Source: a virus. From it: 64,000 bases of DNA. A model generated the notes under the pieces. That model was given only the letters and a program-made list of their open reading frames with translations, had not been told where the DNA came from and searched no databases. The position numbers and the translations under genes were made by a program. Positions within the stretch are counted from its first letter, which is position 1. Each line of letters opens with the position of its first letter. The stretch covers positions 30,350 through 94,349 of the IMG/VR virus record IMGVR_UViG_3300029286_000018; one strand, given 5' to 3'. Shown here in pieces: positions 55,201-63,500 of this stretch.

Positions 55201-58200
55201 TCTGGTAGGGAAAAATTTCACGCTGTACCATCTATTCCTTGCGTTGCAGTGAAACATGGAATTAAAAGTTGTTTGCTTTTGGGTATAGACGGAAAAGTGT
55301 ATGCTCATGGAATCGCATTTGGTCCATCTGAGCCTGATTCAGCTTCCAACATAAATTCAGTTTACAAAACAGATCTTGATTTTGCTTCTGGTGGTCCTTT
55401 TATTGAATCGGTATATTCTTATGCAGAGTCAGATTTGATAGAAGAAGATGTAGATGTTGAGGCTTATCGCTTGTTCGGGATGGCGTCTAGTGATGCATTT
55501 AACCAGTCATATGGCTTGCCGCTGTTGAATAGTTTTTCAAGTATTCCTTTGTCTTGGCAGTACGGTAATTTACAAAAGTCTCCATCATGTGAAGTTGACA
55601 AATTTAATAAATGCACTTTGATTTGGGAAGATAATTCATATGGAGTATGGGGTATATATGAGTCTTCTAATATTTGGATTAATAGATCATTTAGTGATCG
55701 TATATTCCTTTCTGATAAAGAAGTGCCTTCATTACGTCCTTCTATTGCTTCTGATGGAGCTGGTAGAAGAGCTGTAGTCTGGGAATCCATTTCTGGGGAT
55801 AGTCATGCAATACGCATGGCTTCTCACATTAAGCACCCTGATTATGCTTCCGACTGTGATGTTGATAAGGTAGTTTCAAACAGCAGGCTCCTTGGCTTTG
55901 ATCCTGATCCATATGATCCATATAATGTAGAGCAGTCTTTGATGTCTTGCAAGGTTGACCTGTCATTTACCGCACCAGAATTTGGCAATTACTTCTTTAG
56001 TATAGCATTTAAAGATTTGAGTGATGTTAATATTATATATAAACAATCTTCTTCTAAAACTGAATCTGGTAAATGGCTTATAAATGGCAAGTTCATATCA
56101 TATGATGGACAAGTGATTGCTCAAGGAGAAACCGTAACTGTATCTTATGTCCCAGATTCTAACGATAATGTTTTTAATAAAGTTTTAAAAGTTGAGCTTA
56201 CCTATAGTACCGAAGAGACATCTGGTGAGTCTATGCTATTCTATGCCAGCAAGTCAACGCAGGTCACGCCTGGAGTTACTTGGTGGATGAATGATTTATT
56301 CCCAGTGACTGTGGATTATCCAGTCTCTATTAATGGTTCTGCTAGAATACCATATTTAAGTGAATATATGGTATTTGCAGAAGCTGCCAAAAACTGCCCT
56401 GTTACTATTCTGCCACAGGGTGCTGGGTATTTTGAAACTCAAGGAGTTGGAAAAGATCAAAACTTTATATTCCCTTCTGGGGTTTCTAGTCTTCCAGGCG
56501 TGACAGCTGGAACATTCGTAAAGAGTTTCTTGTTTGTTCTTGGAGATGATGATGGTACTACCTTGAATCCAGTAGAGGCCACACTGTCATTCAATCAGCC
56601 AATTGTTGCCGTATTAATAGATGAGGAAAATATGCAGTTCAGTGATGGGTATTTCACTGACCCACTGGCTCCCATCAATGTGTCACGCAAAAATGTAGTA
56701 GATACTTTTCAGTTTTATGATGGTGAGTACATGAGACTTGATGAGGACCGAAAGAAGTTGCATATAAGATTTTATCAACCTCGCAAAGCAACATGGCCAA
56801 CTCCTCTGACAAAAGTGTCTCCTAAAGCACTCAAAGGATTTGTAACTGCATCTCCTACAGTCACTGACACTCCTATAGCCACTGACACTGCAGCGACTGC
56901 TTCTATTAATCTTGGGAAGGATGAAGCGAGTATTGTATCTTTTTCTGAGGAAACATTAGGGCCACTTGTATCTCAAGAAAATATAAAACCTTACGCCACA
57001 TTTAGAGTTATTGTGGCGAACACTGGTCGTGTTTCTGGTCAAATTGTCACCACATATTTTTGCCCAGCTCCTCTGCGTGCTCTATGTAAGATAAGTACTG
57101 CTTACACCAATAATTCATCTCAATCTAAAGATGTTCATTTTAAGGTTTCTGTTTATTCAGATTCATCTTACAAAGATGCAATCATGGCATTTAATTCCAA
57201 AACAGATGCAAGACTTTGGTCTAGCGGAAGTAATGTATTCCCGGTAAATGGTATAACTATTTCTCCAAGCGCAACAGGTTCTGTTAGCTTTGCTCCACCT
57301 ATCATTAACATTCAAAATGGTCAATATCCAATAGACGAATCTTCTGTAAATACGCAAACACGAGCAAGTTCTATATATGACTATTATAATTTGGCAAGAA
57401 CTTCACTTATATGCGGAATCAAATATTATATCATCGCAGAAGCTACTGTTAATAATGATGATATAGAATTGTACAGAACATCATTTCTATGTGGTTGTAA
57501 CGACAATCTTTTTGACAGAGAGGACGAGTCTGAGTGGCGTAGTGTGATGAATAGTTCAATTAATACTGTGATAGCTTCAGCAAAATGGTATATTGGTAAT
57601 CCAAGTGTGAGTGCAACAAGAAATGGTTTATTTGCAATTTCATGGGAAGATTCCCGATCTAGTGCAAATTTAAATGGCCTTAATAATAAGGAAAATCAGA
57701 ATTTAGACATATATTGTGGCTTCTTTGATGCAATCAATGATTCAGTTGATTCAGCATATCATGCTGGAATTGATCGTTTGTTGTTAAATAATTCAGTAGC
57801 AGACGATGTCGCAATAAGAGATCAAAGACTTCCACAATTGATTTCAGATCCTTTTGGTAATTTTACTATGTTTGCGAGCAAAGATTACAATAAGATTATA
57901 AAGCGTTATTTCAGCGTTGGCTCTAAAGTCACTCCAAATATAATAGTAGAGTCTGCAATTACAACTGCATGCTCCTTTACCCTTACTGATATTAATACTT
58001 ATCAAACTGCTTTTGATGGTGGCGAATTTATGCAGATTCGTGTTAATGATAAATTCATAAAGGGGTATAAATCTATTGCTGCGGCTGCTCCAGCTCCAAT
58101 TGTGAATGATTGCTTTGTTGATTTAGAAATAATTGGAATACCTGGCGCAATGGCATATCGCATTAAGAATGAATCGGAATCAGACTTTACCGACTGGATA

Positions 58201-59052
58201 CCTATTAACCTTCCATTGCAGCCGCTTGACAGTGCTGGCAAGGCAATAAGTCTAGACGCAAGTGTTTTCCGTGAAACATTTAAAGGTAGATGGATAGCAA
58301 ATGATATATTTACTGCTCCCTGGGTGCTCAGTAAGGCCGATGGAGTTAAAAGAGTTTGTATAGAAATTTTGACTCAATTTGGCAAAACTCAGCAGTTCTG
58401 CATGGATATTATTGCCGAATACGCATCACTATCTTATATTGTAGAAATATTCTACTCACCTATTGATTCAAACAGCAAGTTGTTTAAGCCTGTTCGCTAC
58501 AAGGGCATACCTGTTGTTAATAGAAAAACATATTATAGTCAAGCTACAGACTCTCAGTCAGCAGTCACTATTTCAAAAGAAGATTTACGTAGCTTGGACT
58601 TAGACTCTTATACTGAAGTAGATGTTTATGTGCAGGTTACTTTTGAGGATGCAGAAAGAATAGCTAGACTGGATGCCCTAAATAGTATTTCTAGTTATGC
58701 TAGTCGCCGTAAAGATAACGGTTCTATGCAGCTTTCGCTATATCAGCAAGGAAATCGAGTACAGACAGCTTCGCTGGTTGTCAGTGATGCTGTAAACGGA
58801 ATTTATTATGGAAAATTTAAGATAAATAAAAATAATGGGGTAACAGACAAAGATGGGCTTGCATTCGTATTTGTGGATCTCCCGTCAGAGTGCCTTAATC
58901 CGTTTGTTAAGAATTTTATATCTGTATTAAGACTGATAAATGATCAAAACCTAGATATGTCTCAAGCAAAAGTCGTTGACTCAAATGCATTTATTGAGCA
59001 GTATATACAGAACGATAAGCGTAATGCTTTCGGTAAGAGGAGGATTAACTAA
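49213..59052 (+). CDS. Giant (3279-aa) multidomain virion/adhesin protein with RCC1 repeats, DUF642-like domain and Ig-like modules
   Basis: VSLGYDHACALKSDGTVVCWGSNTYGQ / VKAGQYFTIGINESGDIIAWGRNNHAQ / IDAGAEHAVGIKFDGTAVSWG (RCC1, ~54690-55310); internal repeats. Confidence 0.75.
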   Translation: MLSPVIKINDFDSISGLVSASLINLDYKKTYKFEFSNINFNVLNGRISTNVPDLEKIEQRSQVDFSFNVKNDEDKFLFCKIYEWDLDMWKEVHISTAVVSEQKIISVDSNLIQIEQPYVGPNDKISVIIKAESEHRYDVRIDKKTFGIKTDKNGVGKLLVNTINAVDYPTYIGKFVKKISCSLIDTVKKEAISLAECEYVPENLYALAATNDPNRPSCVILDPDPVAVFSVNTDAFNAQCFPQPLVGSAFTTSGSNFANTTRLDDSYINCNDGYVSSAKTVVDSSCKIYHQPRMARIAPAVSSEADLRLNSLYGSGSSPIDKSAWSSRPIGFVYSSCDANANSENVSVDPCSFTSQEIKKIPRIFLGCTTDATNVKIFGLARGILKAPPAYFHSILVGDPSVVSGVFEDGDIVNVVFDLPSGERISKSLEYQSSTYSSLAAFITAFASEISSDENITNAGISVRVYTDKYRIDVYSDTKFNIYAGQVNYVDSETGNYKTNNKIYIIRDSKYTFDFEITSPVNYDDIKTLLSSGATHMLFLDSQFKGMTVSITQSEDKGTIVLDTCPRVTQSRRGLGAFVVSEDTNCVHVALINDSRVSDDDGTKVTALPFARNSFNEVIPSSNPVITKFGHVFCQALIDNKWQIFSYFPSLSDSPWLQLTYNGENRNVSACSDGFGNVHLSWETDRYGYTSVQYACIGPSSKLINRLSLSGMISKQFVDELYEKTFTINPLESAVNFVQQSSANISLIPETSLISLVEGAQIGGGSFSIAREFTGYVRIEKDEFNALITENRSVKLGFVDWGLKVQPNINLGDYCTSYLVHFEQVGTETGQTLSSLFSAKFNGKILRVFASPTDFGLSSKYFRSNRISYPSNSSVTFDNNGLVESGSISVGSDETTLDFSFSYLDGGGTGPLEFRVLVEGVKNQSSIEQSNWNRIFSNNGRVSVSEDTAVCVECAPSSDCAVATLSVSQDHNGTYFQGQEAEINISAHALCSIGPKSTDKISPIGFGIQDVFESDYMDLIERTGGYSSPWDLISQPIHYVSEFSGEPGFTQTRQYASKYKDQSNSPIVSFEDNDNRYFPGFFNNSKVQSFTVSINAGFLVDNVVREISFQHPILALYIDQTDLDSTDLSLGNGSANRANLLPDQGVKITVNKSRTTLKVSMPAAIEVDFSIRVVVSSEQFDYPFEIKDDKKINGLYSDFLNGFVKSPDESYLLANNKFTISSTDKRYDEIIPLLGFLKYDDININPNAYAANFNNLTSIIYNVDDIDTTTCSDLVSQGTYRLDDQFNLDGDDAHVHHAYVCVIPERVSFMARNNETLDEYVLRTKSIAGYREAIVKDVYTGYGKVFIINNSISSSSKRTSISLGTTTKISDLPSVDLSGSFRVQVDGNYSRLSEEDKKLLSNWSYPSSDVFYPSSKSHPNYHFMCNVYINDKPILSHNAQVDLGDKTRQWEVGFGSPFGQYPVCRSSDASFLDLMSNKNWSIDYSDIRIGNPRVIVDPRITDASAINVSSVFISKLVPNSDSNVQNESFAQSLIDPGDWVSLEHGSLLIDGWETFNGGAVYVGSYTAYTPSKRSVLLESCMIYNDSSPVSYASYPQYKSRRGRISTGQHGGINQTAGTLKPNEMHQISLTTGMRQVQESYPKLQRSILVQADTSVFTCRHTPGVGEFVGPNSQLDYKTFRSSFIPSSSSFDVYIRNVSENLNNLFSYFPLNTVDYTESYGIDPFTGHEQGALTKDVIFYVDASGVLKLYQSYSGASGLIVTEVELSDPLEIVAVDSRIKYTSETSQNPFCVAVTYSGFLQSFTYDGTENNIPNFVNQSNLPSAQGFVSVSLGYDHACALKSDGTVVCWGSNTYGQTAVPSGYKFVQVKAGQYFTIGINESGDIIAWGRNNHAQVSPVPSGKFVKIDAGAEHAVGIKFDGTAVSWGRNANTGDLVDPTVKLIDVAACGGNMYSLSTYSDSSSSSSSMGTYNVEPFNVGIDINGNVIKWGMWNDAFTASGREKFHAVPSIPCVAVKHGIKSCLLLGIDGKVYAHGIAFGPSEPDSASNINSVYKTDLDFASGGPFIESVYSYAESDLIEEDVDVEAYRLFGMASSDAFNQSYGLPLLNSFSSIPLSWQYGNLQKSPSCEVDKFNKCTLIWEDNSYGVWGIYESSNIWINRSFSDRIFLSDKEVPSLRPSIASDGAGRRAVVWESISGDSHAIRMASHIKHPDYASDCDVDKVVSNSRLLGFDPDPYDPYNVEQSLMSCKVDLSFTAPEFGNYFFSIAFKDLSDVNIIYKQSSSKTESGKWLINGKFISYDGQVIAQGETVTVSYVPDSNDNVFNKVLKVELTYSTEETSGESMLFYASKSTQVTPGVTWWMNDLFPVTVDYPVSINGSARIPYLSEYMVFAEAAKNCPVTILPQGAGYFETQGVGKDQNFIFPSGVSSLPGVTAGTFVKSFLFVLGDDDGTTLNPVEATLSFNQPIVAVLIDEENMQFSDGYFTDPLAPINVSRKNVVDTFQFYDGEYMRLDEDRKKLHIRFYQPRKATWPTPLTKVSPKALKGFVTASPTVTDTPIATDTAATASINLGKDEASIVSFSEETLGPLVSQENIKPYATFRVIVANTGRVSGQIVTTYFCPAPLRALCKISTAYTNNSSQSKDVHFKVSVYSDSSYKDAIMAFNSKTDARLWSSGSNVFPVNGITISPSATGSVSFAPPIINIQNGQYPIDESSVNTQTRASSIYDYYNLARTSLICGIKYYIIAEATVNNDDIELYRTSFLCGCNDNLFDREDESEWRSVMNSSINTVIASAKWYIGNPSVSATRNGLFAISWEDSRSSANLNGLNNKENQNLDIYCGFFDAINDSVDSAYHAGIDRLLLNNSVADDVAIRDQRLPQLISDPFGNFTMFASKDYNKIIKRYFSVGSKVTPNIIVESAITTACSFTLTDINTYQTAFDGGEFMQIRVNDKFIKGYKSIAAAAPAPIVNDCFVDLEIIGIPGAMAYRIKNESESDFTDWIPINLPLQPLDSAGKAISLDASVFRETFKGRWIANDIFTAPWVLSKADGVKRVCIEILTQFGKTQQFCMDIIAEYASLSYIVEIFYSPIDSNSKLFKPVRYKGIPVVNRKTYYSQATDSQSAVTISKEDLRSLDLDSYTEVDVYVQVTFEDAERIARLDALNSISSYASRRKDNGSMQLSLYQQGNRVQTASLVVSDAVNGIYYGKFKINKNNGVTDKDGLAFVFVDLPSECLNPFVKNFISVLRLINDQNLDMSQAKVVDSNAFIEQYIQNDKRNAFGKRRIN

Positions 59053-60557
59053 TGGCAACTCCTGCAACGCCCGTACTTGAATATCCACTTGGTTCTGAAT
59101 CTATTTCAACTAAAATTATTGAGATAAAATGGAAAGCGCAAAATGCTACAGTTGGTCAATTTGACCCAACTTATTTGTACGAAATTTTATATAAAAGTGC
59201 TGATCCTATTTTGGCTGCTCAGGCAGGCTGGGAGAGATTAGCAACACTGCCTTCTTCTTCTCAGCTATATAATTGGATTATTCCTGAGTATCTTTTTGGT
59301 TCTAAGATAATGATAGCTGTTCGTTCATTGTCAAAAAATGGAAATGGTTCTAGTTATGCTCAAAGTGGTATTTTTGAAATTGAGCCTAAACCTTTACCTA
59401 AGCCTTCTGTCTCAAATCCAGTTGCAGGCAAGGTCTATGGTTCACAAATAGTGATTCAATTAAACAACCCTATGCTCATAGAAGATACATCCAAATTAAA
59501 TAGATATAGAATTAACTTGTATTATTCGAGTCCAAGTAATTCAGTATCTTATGCTCCAATAATAGAAAGAATTTCTGGTTCAACCACTCAGGTTATATGG
59601 GAAACTTCGCAGTTAAGTCCAGCTGATGATTATGTAATGTACGCTTTCTATAGTGATGACTTTGGCAGAAAAGGCCCCCAGGTGTCAATAGGTCCGTTTG
59701 TTGTTGAGAACCAGGGGTACATGTTGATCGACACGGACGGACCAGAAGTTGCGGTTAAAATAAATTCATTGAATGGATATTTAAAGAATAGAGATATAAG
59801 TGTTGAACTATATGCATATGATGAAATTGATGACATTCATGGATTTAAATTAATAGAGAATATCAGAACCTCTGCTGGTGACATTGCTGAAGTGATGGCA
59901 AGTGAGCCAAGGTTCTATCAAAAGAATAATTTCTTATCACTGTCAGACGTTGATGGCTCTTATGTGATTACAGCGCTTGTTGAGGATTTGGGTGGAAATC
60001 GGGCTAATGAGGAAGACGCCAGCGCTGTAAAAGTTCAAAATAAATATAGAAAGTTTTTTAGTAAAAATAACTTTAAAATTACCGCACTTGCTAAAACATC
60101 AGACAGTCTATACGCTTGTATGTATGATGGAACTTATACTCAGGTAATAAGAGTTAAAGATGGTAAAGTATATTTCATAAGTTCTTTTCCTGGAAGAATT
60201 ATTGCTCTTGCAGTCATAAATGAAAAAATATATGGTAGTAAATTTAACTCAGATAGAGTATTAGAATTGGTTTCTATTGAGTCTACGGGTTTAGTGCCAC
60301 TAATATCCCTTATGTCTCCTGATACGGAAATGTCTGCATTACATGACTCAGGTGACTCTGGAATATTGTTGGGATGTATCAATGGTGATGTATATAGATA
60401 TTTTAATCAAAATATTACACTTTTAAGAAATTTAGGATCTGGAATTTCTAGTATGTATCCTGGTCAATTTAGTTCAGTTTTTATATTGACTCAGAGTTCC
60501 GAAAAAGTATTTATATACAACGATGGAATTTTAAATAAAGTACAAATAACTATTTAA
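59052..60557 (+). CDS. Ig/FN3-like plus beta-propeller virion protein
   Basis: PVLEYP..IEIKW..YEILY..W..YNWIIP..IAVRS; second copy with VIWETSQL; LIDTDGP..IN; propeller-like C-terminus. Confidence 0.6.
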   Translation: MATPATPVLEYPLGSESISTKIIEIKWKAQNATVGQFDPTYLYEILYKSADPILAAQAGWERLATLPSSSQLYNWIIPEYLFGSKIMIAVRSLSKNGNGSSYAQSGIFEIEPKPLPKPSVSNPVAGKVYGSQIVIQLNNPMLIEDTSKLNRYRINLYYSSPSNSVSYAPIIERISGSTTQVIWETSQLSPADDYVMYAFYSDDFGRKGPQVSIGPFVVENQGYMLIDTDGPEVAVKINSLNGYLKNRDISVELYAYDEIDDIHGFKLIENIRTSAGDIAEVMASEPRFYQKNNFLSLSDVDGSYVITALVEDLGGNRANEEDASAVKVQNKYRKFFSKNNFKITALAKTSDSLYACMYDGTYTQVIRVKDGKVYFISSFPGRIIALAVINEKIYGSKFNSDRVLELVSIESTGLVPLISLMSPDTEMSALHDSGDSGILLGCINGDVYRYFNQNITLLRNLGSGISSMYPGQFSSVFILTQSSEKVFIYNDGILNKVQITI

Positions 60558-60558
60558 C

Positions 60559-63500
60559 ATGAATTATATTAAACCATTATTTCGCATCGATAGACGGCCA
60601 ATAGTAAAAATCAATTGCGCCAATATTCTGAATGACACCAATTCAGACTTGCGAAATTTACCATGCCCAGACTTTAACAATGACGGAATTGTTGACTCAA
60701 AAGACTTGGGAATCTTGACGGCAAATATAGGAACACGTAATAGTCTTTACGATTTAAATGGTGACGGGATAGTTGATATCGGTGATGTAAACTTATTAAT
60801 TTCATATTATGGTCTACTTAATTGCGCTCAGTGGAGTGGATCTGCATATAGCAACGTATGTAATTCTGCAAGAATGAGTAGAGGCGTTGCTTCCCTTTGT
60901 CAGCCTAACGGGTTTTATAATTTTTTCAATATTAAGTTACAACGATTATATGATGCTGGAGTAAGGCGTTTTGTTTTGCAGTGTCCGTCTGGAACTTTTA
61001 GTAATACTATTTTGTCATCTAATATTCGTGACCCGTTTGATGCTAGTGGTGCATATAGCGTGTTGACATCACAGACCAAAGAAGTTCTTAATTGCAATGA
61101 ACCTGGTATTCCATTTGACAAATCTAATAATATTAGTGGTGGTTATTTTGAAAGCTTTCGTGGCCTTATGAGGGAATGGGTTGGTTCATTAGGCGAAAAT
61201 GTTGAAATATTTATAGAAATTAATTCTTCTGTTTTGATGCTTGGTGCAGAAGTTGATTATAGCAACATAATGCTCAGAGCTGATTTAGGGGATTCGCACT
61301 TTTATGAAAGCTTTGATCCAGACAATATAAAGCACGTCGAATGGTTGAGCTACAATACTCAAGAGATGGACACCGATGGGTTGTCTGGCATAGCCCTTAA
61401 TAACTTTGGGGCAAAATCTTTAGGTAGATTTGATGGGTACAAAAACATAAATCATTTTATGTCCTCAACTTTTAATGGACAAGAAGTGATGTGTACCAAT
61501 TTACCAAATATCAATGGAAATTTATATAATTTTGAAGAGTATTCAAAGTGTAAATTTGTATTTGATCAAGATAATTTTAACTTGGCAACATTCAATAAGA
61601 TGGCGAATGCTCGCTTGTTCCAGTATAATGCTGAGATTCACGCAATTGCTTCAGCGAATATATCAAAAAGTGAGTCTGATTTTTATGATCTTGCTTATAA
61701 TTACGGATGTGTTCCTGGCCTTAAGCTTACCTACAATGACGACATTGACGTTGGTTCAGTTTCTTCTGCTATTGGCAGAATGAAAAACGCGATTGAATCT
61801 GCTGAAAGAAAGATATCACTAGGACAAAACGGTAGAAAGTTTTACTTGTTTAGCGAATATGCGGGAAATACTGCAGATTCTAATAACGTAGTTTCCTCCA
61901 AGAATAATTACTTAAGATCTGATTTAGCAAAAGCAAAAGACACTATAGTCCCTGTAATAAAAGCAAATTGCTCTGTAAATATTAGCAATTTATCTATTGA
62001 CATAGCTCGTACGTATATTCCAGCATGGTGGTTTACAAATAATCGTCAAAGCTGCATCGATAGTTCGATGCTTAATTTTGTTTCAGATTCATGGACTGTG
62101 CCAAATAGTTCAAGCATTTTAAATGCTTCTGTGCCAAGTCCATATGGTACTATTGGTCCAGAAAAATGTGCAGATGCTGTTTTTGATCAGAATATTTATT
62201 ATCAAATATTTTATAATGGCACTTCTGCAGCAAAGATAGATTTCAAGCAAAGCAAAAATTTTATAGTAAAATTAGAAAATTGGGGAGATTTGCATGATCA
62301 CATTTATAGTGATTCTCCATTTGAAGGCACTACTTTGGATCAAAATGGGTGGTGTCGTCTGTTTACGCATGGAGCAGACAAAGTTCGTCCTTATCGGGAC
62401 AGCGATTTGAACCTTGACTACAATCCGATAGACCCAGCAAAAAATCTCTTTGCATATAATGGTTCACAAGAATGCGCCATGTGGGTTAAGCGTTTCATCG
62501 CAAGATTTAAGTGGAGGCAAGGTTATCTTGCTTCTTATGATGCAGATTATGTGGTACCAAGTCCTTCCTTGATTTATATAGATGAACAAACTACAATTCA
62601 AGTTTCAGATTTTATTAATTATAAAAATGTAAATACAGGGCTTATGTCTCGTAAATATTTCGGCAGTTGGTTTAATCATTTCAATGATTCTCGTTATTCA
62701 TTGCAAACGATTGGATTTAAATGGCGTGATTCAGTTAGTTTAAGCGATGCTTTCTTTGCAGCTACAAGTCAATATTCTAATGAATTCTCAGTAATTCGCA
62801 CTGATGGAAATAGTCAAAGTACTTTCGGTAAAATTCTTCCTAGCGATTATAAGCCAACGTCAAATCAAGTTACTTATGACAATCAGTCAAATGCAAGCAT
62901 GGAAAAATGGCTGCAAATATTGATTGATGAAGTTGTTGCTCGTCGTGTTTACGAATCATTTGGTGTGCAGGTAGAAAAAGCATTTTCTAATGGTAGATAT
63001 TCGCAAAAAGGATTTGTTGGTTATGTTCCAAGTTCAGATTTGTATGGCAATATACATGCTCCATTCTACCCCCTGATTAATAGATGGCAAAATTATAATG
63101 GTAAATATGGATTTAATGATGTAAAGTCATCTTCATTTCTAGTCTCATATATTCATCCTGTTTCTGTAATAGCAAGTAAATTTGCTTCCACTAAGCTTGG
63201 ATGGTCTCCAAGTATTTTAAATTCCGACATTAATATAAGGTTTGAAATTTTAGATTATTATAGTTCAGCCTTTAGTGGTGATCTGCAAAATTCGCAATGG
63301 GGATGGCCTATTTTTTACAATAATGATTCAGATGATCGTGGATCATATATTTACGGAACTGGTAACTCTGATTTTGCTACTGGCTATTCAATAGGTGATG
63401 CTCATCAAAGATCTTTACGTACAAATTTAATTTACAACCACAAAAAATATATTAATTATTTACTTAATACAATTGATTCTCTTGACAGCAATTCTACATT

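Noticed and set aside
26232-55310. Eukaryotic or giant-virus origin suggested by actin fold and RCC1 repeats
   Set aside because: Shine-Dalgarno sites, overlapping operonic genes, a rho-independent terminator and bacterial-type motifs indicate a bacteriophage.
152-61783. Many short minus-strand and alternate-frame ORFs in the track (e.g. 3110..3343, 7472..7897, 18872..19270, 61514..61783)
   Set aside because: They are shadows of long + strand genes and show no motifs of their own.
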